Assembly: GCA_964358765.1 (NCBI GenBank)
Contig: CAYHPN010000003.1
Span: 43,327-107,326 of the forward strand
Reading direction: 5' to 3'
DNA length: 64,000 bases
Source: Candidatus Woesearchaeota archaeon
GTDB lineage: Archaea; Nanobdellota; Nanobdellia; Pacearchaeales; GW2011-AR1
Both the position numbers and the translations under genes were made by a program. Position 1 is the stretch's first letter, and each line of letters opens with the position of its first letter. This document shows, one piece after another, positions 1 through 8,187 of this stretch. The notes below the pieces were generated by a model. It saw nothing but the letters and a program-made list of their open reading frames with translations, was not told the origin of the DNA and did not search any database.

Positions 1-118
1 GTTAATAGGTATTGTTGATGAAGAAGGAGATGTTACATATTATGAAATAAGATGGGAAAGGCCATAGGCTGAATTTTGATATAAAAATATTTATAACAAG
101 AGGTTTTCTTAGAAGTAA

Positions 119-1144
119 ATGGTTGACATATTAAAAATGAATAGAGATAAGGAAAAGATTTTATCTACAATAAGGATGAGAGGTCCGAGCTTACCTGTTC
201 AAATTTCAAAGAGCAGCGATTTAAGTCCGCTATTTGCATCTGCTTTCTTGTCAGAATTAAAGGGAGAGGAAAAATTAAAAATAAGTGATATGAAAGTGGG
301 AAGCTCTCCACTTTATTATATTCCTGGACAGGAGGCAATGCTTGAAAATTTTGTTCAACATCTAAATCAGAGAGAAAGACAGGCATTTAACCTACTAAAG
401 AATTCAAAAGTGCTTGTAGATTCGTCACTAGAGCCTGTTGTAAGAGTAGCTATGAGGTATATAAAAGATTTTGCAGTTGCGATAAAAGTAAAATATAATA
501 ATGAAGAAAAACTGTTCTGGAAATATTTTATTATTGATGATAAGGAATTTGAAGAAATTGCTAAAGATATTCTAGAAGGAAAAAAGAGACAAAATGATGG
601 AAGGAAAATGGATCTTGGGATTATAAAAGAGGAAAAAAATGAAGTAGTTAATAAAGAAAAATTTGTTGAAAATAGTATTAATATTGAAGAGAAATTAATT
701 GAGAAAAATGAAGAAATTATAAAAGAAAATAAAGAAGAAGGTAAGATCAAACTAAAGAAAAAACTACAAAAAAAAGATATAGTAAAGGAAATTACGAAAA
801 GTAACGAAAAAATTATTGAAAAAGATATGGAAACTGAATTTGGAAAAAATGTTAAAGAATATTTATCTGGAAAGAATGTAGAAATTATAGAAGTTATTTA
901 TGACAAGAAGAAGGAATTTATTGCAAAGATAATGACCGATCATATTTTTGGAAAACAAACTCATTATTTAATTGCCAAAGATAAAAAAATAGTTAGTGAT
1001 AATGACTTAATTGTGGCCTTGCAAAATGCACATGTGGAGAAAATGCCCGCTATTGTTATGTCCAAAGGAGATATTAATAAGAGAGGCAAAGAATATTTAA
1101 CTTTATGGGGAAATTTAGTTAAGTTTGAAAAATTAAAATTCTAA
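119..1144 (+). CDS. Winged-helix-like protein with a long K/E-rich linker and a C-terminal domain; possibly TFE/TFIIE-alpha-like N-terminus
   Basis: The N-terminal ~120 aa resemble an archaeal TFE winged helix (pattern ..SPLYYIPGQEAMLENF.. compared with the TFE motif ..WFIYYWKPNIDQINEIL..). The middle is a low-complexity K/E-rich stretch. No Zn ribbon is present. Confidence 0.3.
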   Translation: MVDILKMNRDKEKILSTIRMRGPSLPVQISKSSDLSPLFASAFLSELKGEEKLKISDMKVGSSPLYYIPGQEAMLENFVQHLNQRERQAFNLLKNSKVLVDSSLEPVVRVAMRYIKDFAVAIKVKYNNEEKLFWKYFIIDDKEFEEIAKDILEGKKRQNDGRKMDLGIIKEEKNEVVNKEKFVENSINIEEKLIEKNEEIIKENKEEGKIKLKKKLQKKDIVKEITKSNEKIIEKDMETEFGKNVKEYLSGKNVEIIEVIYDKKKEFIAKIMTDHIFGKQTHYLIAKDKKIVSDNDLIVALQNAHVEKMPAIVMSKGDINKRGKEYLTLWGNLVKFEKLKF

Positions 1145-1519
1145 AATGGAGGATAAAAGTCCAGGAAATTTTATTATTGAAAATGAATTGCAGAAGCCTT
1201 CTTTAATATTATTGGAATATTTAGTTAGTAAAAAAGAAGAATTAGTTAGAAGAGTTGATGGAAAGTTTAGATTGAATAAGATTACATTAAGAAAAGTCTT
1301 TGATGAAGGTGTTAGTGAAATGAAATTATCAGGTATGACTATATTGATGTAAATATTTATTGCAAGAGCGTACTAAAGTTTGAGGGAATTATGGGCTTTT
1401 TAGAAGATCAATTTAAAATAATGGATAAAATAGATGATAATGATGAACCTAGAAGATACAAATTTTCAAAGGATGATGCAAGGGGAAATGTTTAAATAAC
1501 CAGATTTTTAAACATTGGA

Positions 1520-1771
1520 ATGGGAAGAATAAAAACAGCATTGGTTAAGAGGAGTGCACAGCAAATGTTTGATGGATCAGAAATATTCAATAACAGCTTT
1601 GAGCATAATAAAAAAATTTTAGGAGATAAAATGCCTTCTAAGTCTGTGAGAAATAAGATTGCAGGACAATTAGTTAATTTATCAAAGAAGAAAAGTGCTC
1701 CTAGAAAAATAAAAAAGATAGAAACAGACTACAAAGAAAGTCAATATGGATCAACAAAGCAGTTTGAATAA
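1520..1771 (+). CDS. rps17e: 30S ribosomal protein S17e
   Basis: MGRIKTALVKRSAQQ...NKKIL...SKSVRNKIAGQLVNL matches the S17e N-terminal signature (MGRVRTKTVKKAA...NKRVCEE...SKKLRNKIAGYVTHL). Confidence 0.8.
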   Translation: MGRIKTALVKRSAQQMFDGSEIFNNSFEHNKKILGDKMPSKSVRNKIAGQLVNLSKKKSAPRKIKKIETDYKESQYGSTKQFE

Positions 1772-2126
1772 TGAAGGCAGGGGTTTTGAAGGCCTTAAAG
1801 AGGATAAAAACAATTCTAATAAAAATGATTTGAAAAATGAAAATAGTTATGATAAAAATAGCAATGTTATCTTTGTTGGTGATAAGCCTTTAGTTAATTA
1901 TATCCGGGGAGTAATTACTCAATTTTTAAAGAATGAATCTAAAGAAGTAATAATTAAGTCAAGAGGAAAGTTTATTTCAAAAGCAGTTGATGTAGCAGAA
2001 GTAGCAAAAAGATCATTGCAGGATAAAAATGTAAAAGTTAAAAATATAATTATTTCCAGCGAAAGTTTCCAGAGAGATGGAAAAAAGACAAATATTTCAA
2101 CAATGGATATAGTATTGAGTATGTAA
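1746..2126 (+). CDS. albA: Alba (Sso10b-family) DNA/RNA-binding protein with an N-terminal extension
   Basis: The core NVIFVGDKPLVNYIRGVITQF...EVIIKSRGKFISKAVDVAEVAKRSL aligns with Alba ([37 protein letters not shown]). It overlaps the rps17e 3' end by 26 nt. Confidence 0.8.
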   Translation: MDQQSSLNNEGRGFEGLKEDKNNSNKNDLKNENSYDKNSNVIFVGDKPLVNYIRGVITQFLKNESKEVIIKSRGKFISKAVDVAEVAKRSLQDKNVKVKNIIISSESFQRDGKKTNISTMDIVLSM

Positions 2127-2158
2127 ATTAAGGATTTTTAATTTTTAAAATGGAATAA

Positions 2159-2431
2159 TTATTCTTCTTTATCTTTAGCTTTCTTTTTTTCTTGAATTGA
2201 TAAAAGCCTGTCTATCTTTTCTTCAATTCTGATAATATCTTGCTTCATATTTCTAACATCTTTTAACTTTTTTGAATTGAATAATACCATAATTACGTGA
2301 AAAATAAGCCAAATTACAAAAATTACGCCTATTGTTTTTAACCATAATCCTATTTGACCTAAAACTACTAAGATATCGCTTGCTATTTCTGGAGTCTGAG
2401 TTATTGCGTCTACGATATCGCCAAAGGCCAT
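2159..2431 (-). CDS. Small membrane protein with a C-terminal coiled-coil; hypothetical
   Basis: A hydrophobic segment is followed by a K/E-rich helix. No family recognised. Confidence 0.3.
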   Translation of the reverse strand: MAFGDIVDAITQTPEIASDILVVLGQIGLWLKTIGVIFVIWLIFHVIMVLFNSKKLKDVRNMKQDIIRIEEKIDRLLSIQEKKKAKDKEE

Positions 2432-2510
2432 ATTTAATTATAGATTTATGGGTTTATTAAACTGTTGTTTGGAACATTTTAAAAAGGCTTTTTTTCTTGT
2501 CAATTGTAAT

Positions 2511-2584
2511 GGCTGCGTAGCTCAGTTGGCTAGAGCGCGTGTCTCATGAGCACGAGGTCGGGAGTTCAATTCTCCCCGCAGCCA
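2511..2584 (+). tRNA. tRNA-Met (anticodon CAT), elongator-type G1:C72 (could alternatively be tRNA-Ile2)
   Basis: Manual cloverleaf: acceptor ggctgcg/cgcagcc, D arm gctc-agttggcta-gagc, anticodon stem cgtgt/gcacg with loop ctCATga, T arm gggag-ttcaatt-ctccc, discriminator A. An oligo-T run follows. Confidence 0.85.
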
Positions 2585-2619
2585 TTTTAATTTAATGATT
2601 TTATTCAATATATTTCATA

Positions 2620-3057
2620 ATGGTGAGAATAAATTTAATTGACCCTAAGAATCTTGCAGATCAGCATTTAATTGCAGAATACAATGAAATATTGATGTTA
2701 ATTGGTCATTTGAAAAAACATGGTGTAAAGTCGGATCCTGTGCCAGAAAGTTATTGTCTGGGTAAAGGACATATTACTTTTTTTAAAAATAAACTTCTTT
2801 ATTTGAAGAAAAGACATGGATTAATTAAAAATGAGATGAGGAATAGAGGTTTTAAGACAAATAAGAAGTTAGAAATAAGCAAATATAGTAAAAAGCTGAA
2901 AAATGATTGGAAGCCTGAAAAGAGAGATTATGAAACAATAAAGAAAAGACTAATGGAGAAAATAAATTCTAAACCAAATCATTACAGGCATTATGGGGAG
3001 CATAAAGATAAGAAATTTTTCATTAATTTGATAAATGCTAATAAAATCATGAAATAA
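2620..3057 (+). CDS. Pyrimidine dimer DNA glycosylase, T4 endonuclease V (DenV) family
   Basis: The N-terminus [25 protein letters not shown] closely matches T4 endo V [45 protein letters not shown] matches [20 protein letters not shown]. The length (~145 aa) is typical. Confidence 0.8.
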   Translation: [145 protein letters not shown]

Positions 3058-3412
3058 TTCTTAATCCATCACTATCTTTTCTTGGCAATATATGAATATG
3101 TGCATGATTGACTACTTGGCCTGCTGGCTCTAAATTATTCATCAAAATATTAAAACCATCTCCTTCTTTATTATCTAAAATCTGCGAACCTATCTTTTTA
3201 GTAAAAGTTAGGAGTTCTTCGCCTAAGTTATTTGGAATATCTAGAAGTGTAACTAAGTGTTTTTTTGAGATAATTAGAGTATGCCCCTTTGCTTTGGGAT
3301 TAGCGTCTAAAAAGGCCATAAAATTATTAGATTCTCCAATAAAATCGGATTTAATTATTCCTTGTGCAATTTTGCAGAAAATGCAATTTTCTTCTATTTT
3401 ATTCATAAACAT
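3047..3412 (-). CDS. HIT-family (histidine triad) nucleotide hydrolase
   Basis: A C-terminal HAHIHILPR histidine-triad motif (HxHxHxx) and a CIFCKI N-terminal motif. Confidence 0.8.
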   Translation of the reverse strand: MFMNKIEENCIFCKIAQGIIKSDFIGESNNFMAFLDANPKAKGHTLIISKKHLVTLLDIPNNLGEELLTFTKKIGSQILDNKEGDGFNILMNNLEPAGQVVNHAHIHILPRKDSDGLRIIS

Positions 3413-3444
3413 TCATAGATGGAGCAGAGATTTAAAGTTTTAGG

Positions 3445-4254
3445 TTAATCCTTAAAAACACTTTTATAAAAAGAATCTTTAAGCAACTCGCGGTTGACTT
3501 TCTCTTTTTTATGGTCAAATCTAAAAAGGCTAGAGATAATTGAAGATTTTTCTTTGTTAAATGTCAGTGCTGCAGAAAGATTATCTATTTCTCTTGAGAA
3601 AGGAGTTTTTTTATGATAAGAAGTAATTGGCATTTTATTGAATAATGCAGGGATTGCATTCTTATCGTCAGGTATTTTTGCTATGACTGGAATATCAGTT
3701 GCCTGCTCTATATCATTTAAAGATAACTCAAATTTTGGGGAGCGAATTTTATTTAGAATTATTCCTGCGATTGGACGACCTCTCTGTTTAGCTAGCTTTG
3801 CAGCTTTTAATGAACATGACAAAGTCGGATAGTCGGGAGTAGAAACAACAAAGAGAAGATCAGAAGCAAGCATTGTTGAGAGGATTTCATCATTTAATGA
3901 TGGAGAAGAATCTAAAATTATATAATCATATTGATTTTTTATTGCTTTAATTTTTTCTTTAAGTTTAAGATGATTTAATTCTGAATTATAAATATAACTT
4001 CCTGGAATGACGTCTACACCGAATTTATTATGTATTGCACTTTTTATGTTGATTTTATTATCTAAGACATGATGTATTGTTTTTTCAGGATCTACTAAAT
4101 CCATATGAAGGCCTAAGTTGGGAGCTGAGAAGTTAGTATCGATGAGAAGAACTTTTTTGTTATATTCATTTGCTAAATTTGCTGCAAGAGAGGAAGATAC
4201 TGTTGTTTTTCCGACGCCTCCTTTTATGGCAATAATGCCTAATGTCTTCACCAT
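3445..4254 (-). CDS. ParA/MinD-family P-loop ATPase
   Basis: The deviant Walker A IAIKGGVGKTTVSSSLA is present, and a DTN...DSSPSL-type motif. The ORF track extends 42 hydrophobic codons upstream (to 4380); these may be a membrane anchor or spurious. The ATG at 4254 is preferred. Confidence 0.7.
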   Translation of the reverse strand: MVKTLGIIAIKGGVGKTTVSSSLAANLANEYNKKVLLIDTNFSAPNLGLHMDLVDPEKTIHHVLDNKINIKSAIHNKFGVDVIPGSYIYNSELNHLKLKEKIKAIKNQYDYIILDSSPSLNDEILSTMLASDLLFVVSTPDYPTLSCSLKAAKLAKQRGRPIAGIILNKIRSPKFELSLNDIEQATDIPVIAKIPDDKNAIPALFNKMPITSYHKKTPFSREIDNLSAALTFNKEKSSIISSLFRFDHKKEKVNRELLKDSFYKSVFKD

Positions 4255-4401
4255 TGATTGACTAATTAAACTGAACTTAAAAATGTTTTGATTTATAAAA
4301 TTGTTGCACTGAATTGCAACAATATCTATGAGAACGAAAAAAGGATAAATTAACAATACTAGGGAGAAAAAAATAATCATACAACATAGCAGATTTTATA
4401 T

Positions 4402-5583
4402 TTATACTTCTTTAGTTTTAAATGAGATTAAAAAGAAAAATACCATATAAACTGCAAATAAAATGAAGAGATATTTGAAATCAAGAACTAACAAAACTGA
4501 GGATGCAATTAATTTTCCAACGAGTATGGTTGTGTTTGAATTGGTATTATACGGGCCGTAATATTTTGTTGTTTCTTTTTTATTAAGAATTTGAAGGAAA
4601 TATGACTCTGTAGTTGGTTCTAAAAATGCTAAACCAAAGCTTGCTATTGAGAGGATAATTAAAATTAAATAAATATTTGAAATAAAGAAACATAATAAAC
4701 AAAGAATGGCAGTTATTAAATAACCAGTGACAAATATTTTTTTAAATCCAATTTTAGAAGTTTTTCTACTTATATAATATTCCGTCATAATTAAAGGAAC
4801 TGAAGTTGCAAAAATGAAATATCCTATGTATTTTGTAGGTAAATTATTATCTTTCATGAAAAGTGGTATAAATAAAAATATGAATGTCCACCATAATTGC
4901 ACTCCGCCACCCACAAGATAAGCAATAACTCTATTTTTGTCTCTAAAATAATCTATAAAGTTTTTTATAATATTTGAGTCTATTTTTTTTGATATTCTTT
5001 TATCTTTTATTGCAGAAATTTTGTAAATGAAATATGCTGCAAAGAAAAATAATGATCCGGCTATAAATACCAAAGAGTAACCATTCTCTGAAGAAAGATA
5101 ACCTGCTAGTAATGGTCCGATTAAGAAAGCAATGTTTGCAAATGTATACATAAGACCCAGGCTTTTAGAAATTGATTTTTTAGGCTGAGTATCTTTTATT
5201 ATTATTCCATTTACTGTTATTCTAATAGATTGTATTATTATTGTTGCAATAGAAATTAAAACAACTGTCGCTAGCGATCTTGTGACAAAAGCAAAAAATA
5301 AGTGAGATATTGCTGTTAAGAATAGTGTAACTGAGAATAATTTACCTTTATCATATTTTTCAACTAGAGGAACAAATGCAAAATAGGAAAAAAATGAGAT
5401 CAGGGTTAATAATGAAGAGATATAACCTGTAGTTGAAGTACTTTTAACAAAACTGTTTAAATATAGGGCCCAGACCGTCATAATAACGGCGTTTCCTAGT
5501 GCTAAGAAAAATCGGATAGATATTAAAGCACCGACACTTTTTGTTTTAGGGACTCCCTCTTTGCGTTTATGTAACAGGCCCAT
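4402..5583 (-). CDS. Major facilitator superfamily (MFS) transporter
   Basis: About 12 predicted TM helices in a 393-aa protein, with the typical MFS loop architecture. Confidence 0.65.
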   Translation of the reverse strand: MGLLHKRKEGVPKTKSVGALISIRFFLALGNAVIMTVWALYLNSFVKSTSTTGYISSLLTLISFFSYFAFVPLVEKYDKGKLFSVTLFLTAISHLFFAFVTRSLATVVLISIATIIIQSIRITVNGIIIKDTQPKKSISKSLGLMYTFANIAFLIGPLLAGYLSSENGYSLVFIAGSLFFFAAYFIYKISAIKDKRISKKIDSNIIKNFIDYFRDKNRVIAYLVGGGVQLWWTFIFLFIPLFMKDNNLPTKYIGYFIFATSVPLIMTEYYISRKTSKIGFKKIFVTGYLITAILCLLCFFISNIYLILIILSIASFGLAFLEPTTESYFLQILNKKETTKYYGPYNTNSNTTILVGKLIASSVLLVLDFKYLFILFAVYMVFFFLISFKTKEV

Positions 5584-5625
5584 GGCAGTTGATAGAAAGG
5601 GAAGTTTTTAAAGGCTCTTGGAAAA

Positions 5626-6210
5626 TTAATTATGCTTACATAATGGTGCGATTTCAACTTTAAGTTCTTTTATTATATTCAAAAAAACTGGCCTATCTTT
5701 CAATGATATATTAATATATTTACTTTCTAGCTGAGTTAAACACTGAGTACATTCTTGGAAAGGACAAAAAGGACAACACTCGCTAGAAAGAAGTTTTTTT
5801 AATTTACTTACTTCTATTTTTTTATTTCTTTTTTTCATACCAAGAAGAATACTTGCTGAATCTAAAGAATCTTTGCCATACATTCTTCCTTTCATAACCC
5901 CTCTTCTTAATTTAAGGAAAATTCCTAATTCTGGGCTTATCGAGTATATTAAACCTTGAGAAGTAATTCTTGCCCAAGGAGATTGGAAAGCTTCTTGTGG
6001 AAAATTATAGCCTCTTACATTGTTGTGAAATATTCCCAAGAATATTTCATCTTTATAGGTAAATCCTCCATCTACATCATCATAACCAATTTCTTTAGGG
6101 GATCTTAGATTATAATCTTTATTTAGTCTCTCAAATCCTTCGTCATTAGCAACAAAATCGATTTCTGGATGTCTTTTTCTCAATCGTGGATAACCTGAAA
6201 TTTCTGGCAA
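5626..6210 (-). CDS. Hypothetical protein with a C-terminal cysteine cluster (CCPFCPFQECTQC)
   Basis: The annotated start codon is actually TTG (ttgccagaa). The in-frame open region continues upstream to a GTG near 6291 (adding VKKLLKTISRLTSPYEGSVLLIGGNTS). No family recognised. Confidence 0.3.
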   Translation of the reverse strand: MPEISGYPRLRKRHPEIDFVANDEGFERLNKDYNLRSPKEIGYDDVDGGFTYKDEIFLGIFHNNVRGYNFPQEAFQSPWARITSQGLIYSISPELGIFLKLRRGVMKGRMYGKDSLDSASILLGMKKRNKKIEVSKLKKLLSSECCPFCPFQECTQCLTQLESKYINISLKDRPVFLNIIKELKVEIAPLCKHN

Positions 6211-6599
6211 TGATGTGTTTCCTCCTATGAGAAGTACGCTTCCTTCGTAAGGGCTAGTTAATCTACTTATAGTTTTAAGAAGTTTTTTTCACTTATATTT
6301 TGACTTGCAATTTCTAAAGTTGTTGACATCTTATTTTTCTTAGATGGAAGCAAGAAATGAGTCTTTATAAATTAATTGAGAAAGGTTTTTAAGATTTTTT
6401 AAAATCTTTTTTGTAGAATTTCTCTAACTGAATTGTAGTCTTTATTTTTATAAGGCCTTATATGCATATTATAATTAGATTCAATTGCATTTATAAAGTT
6501 AATATTTTTCAGATTATGGAGTGAGTTATGATCTCATTCCTCTCTTGCTGCGGACCTACTCGCTTATGCTGTGTGGTTCCTCGCTGGCGGAGTAATGAG

Positions 6600-6671
6600 A
6601 GGGCCTGTAGTATAACGGTTATTATGTTCGGCTGGCAGTCGAAAGATTTGGGTTCGATTCCCGGCAGGTCC
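6600..6671 (+). tRNA. tRNA-Ala (anticodon GGC)
   Basis: Manual fold: acceptor gggcctg/caggtcc with the diagnostic G3:U70 wobble, anticodon stem ttcgg/tcgaa with loop ctGGCag, T arm ttggg-ttcgatt-cccgg, a 4-nt variable loop. The D stem is weak (3 of 4 pairs). Confidence 0.75.
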
Positions 6672-6747
6672 ATTAAGTAAAAATGGAAAAGATAAAAATA
6701 TACGGAACGGGGAATGAAAGAATTAGCGGAGATTATAATGTTAGTTT

Positions 6748-7281
6748 TTATTGAGCTTTCTGCCCAGTTAATTCCTCATATAAATCCAAATATCCTTTAG
6801 AAAACAATTTAACTTCTCCTGCAACCATCTCAAAACCAGAATTTCCATTGTTAAAAGAGGTTTCAATATATTTTTTATCTCTAAGCATCTTCACTCCTTC
6901 AACTTTAGTTGTTATAATTCTTATATCTTCGTTTGTTATACTTCCTTTTAGCACTTTGATGTTTTTATTAGATATTTCTGCGTTATAAATATCATTTTCT
7001 ATAATAAATTCTATTTTAGGAGTCTCTGAAGAGAATGGAGGGTTGTGCAAATTATATGCTTTAATACTTTGAAGTATATACAAAACAAAACCTTCATTAA
7101 ATTTTGCGACTGCTTGTTCATCGCTTAGTCCATCAACTGGATTAGATGGCTTACTTCCCACGTTTCTTCCAGTACTTTTATTTATAGACTTATTATAATA
7201 AGCAAATATTCCTCCAGCGATAATTAATAATATAAACAGAGATATTAGAATTATCAGAAATACTTTCCATCCTTTTTTCAT
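6748..7281 (-). CDS. N-terminally membrane-anchored hypothetical protein
   Basis: A single N-terminal TM (KVFLIILISLFILLIIAGGIFAYY) is followed by a soluble domain. Confidence 0.4.
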   Translation of the reverse strand: MKKGWKVFLIILISLFILLIIAGGIFAYYNKSINKSTGRNVGSKPSNPVDGLSDEQAVAKFNEGFVLYILQSIKAYNLHNPPFSSETPKIEFIIENDIYNAEISNKNIKVLKGSITNEDIRIITTKVEGVKMLRDKKYIETSFNNGNSGFEMVAGEVKLFSKGYLDLYEELTGQKAQ

Positions 7282-7515
7282 ATTCGTAATAAAATAAGAT
7301 ATTTTTTAAATTTATGCAAATGTCAAGAACCCATCACTGAAGTGGCGGGCGTGTTCGGGGTTCTTGATCACCTCAAAAAATTTCATTTTTTGACGGCACA
7401 AAAATCTTTGATTTTTGTTGTGATCAAGATGTTTATCCATACACTTAAGTGTATAGAGTTTGCAAAGCATCTTGACATCCAAAAGCCTTTTAACCATACT
7501 ATTATTCAAATTGTC

Positions 7516-8127
7516 ATGACAAAAAAACTTAAAATTTTAGCAGCTTCAGATATTCATGGAGATTCAAAGTTAGTAAGAAAATTAGCTGAAAAAGCAGAAA
7601 AAGAAAATGTAGATCTTGTTGTATTATGTGGGGATATAGTTGGCTGGTCAGAAACTAAAGATATTATAAAACCATTTAAAGATAAAGATAAAAGAGTTTT
7701 GATCTTGCCTGGAAACTGGGATAATTTTGCTACAACTGATTTTTTAGCTTCATTTTATGGGGTAAAAAACATACATGGGTATTCTGCAACTTATGGAAAT
7801 ATCGGTTTTTTCGGTGCAGGTGGTGCAGCTGGCTCACCAGGTCCTGGGAGAACAACCGAAAGAGAACTAATGGAAACACTAGAAAAAGCACATTCGGGCC
7901 TTAAAGGAATTGAAAAGAAGATTATGATAACTCATATGCACCCAAGAGGATCTGTTTCAGAATTTTCTGGTTTTGCAGGCTCTGAATCGATAACAAAAGC
8001 TATTAAAAAATTTAAACCAAGCATACTTCTTCATGGTCACATTCATGAAGCGGGCGGTTTTGAAGAAAAAATAGATTCAACAAGAGTTATTAATGTTGGC
8101 AGAGAAGGCAAGATTATTGAGATTTAA
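7516..8127 (+). CDS. Calcineurin-like metallophosphoesterase
   Basis: KILAASDIHGDS...VVLCGDIVG...LPGNWD...HGHIH metallophosphatase motifs. The true start is likely the ATG at 7516 (MTKKLKIL); the track ORF starts upstream at 7342. Confidence 0.75.
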   Translation: MTKKLKILAASDIHGDSKLVRKLAEKAEKENVDLVVLCGDIVGWSETKDIIKPFKDKDKRVLILPGNWDNFATTDFLASFYGVKNIHGYSATYGNIGFFGAGGAAGSPGPGRTTERELMETLEKAHSGLKGIEKKIMITHMHPRGSVSEFSGFAGSESITKAIKKFKPSILLHGHIHEAGGFEEKIDSTRVINVGREGKIIEI

Positions 8128-8187
8128 CAAATTAAAAAACTATAAAAAATAGCTTTAAATACTCTAACCTATCTTCAAATTCCCAAA

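Noticed and set aside
165-750. Antisense ORFs 165-386 and 367-750 inside the 119-1144 gene, and similar antisense or embedded ORFs elsewhere (3108-3443, 3638-3832, 10080-10310, 11063-11323, 12556-12741, 13328-13519, 14641-14847, 18172-18402, 18497-18873, 22149-22409, 24153-26288 set, 32118-32711 set, 42823-43555, 45xxx-48xxx plus-strand set, 56295-57362)
   Set aside because: They lie entirely within, and antisense to, longer ORFs with recognisable protein families. They are low-complexity S/F/L-rich translations typical of AT-rich antisense frames.
6600-6671. Possibility that the weak D-stem of tRNA-Ala indicates an intron or a pseudo-tRNA
   Set aside because: The anticodon arm, T arm, acceptor stem and the G3:U70 identity element are all intact and the length is canonical at 72 nt. 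A weak D-stem is tolerated in many tRNAs.
7312-7509. 65-aa minus-strand ORF overlapping the 5' region of the metallophosphoesterase gene
   Set aside because: No motif, and it overlaps the likely promoter or leader of 7516-8127. Probably spurious.
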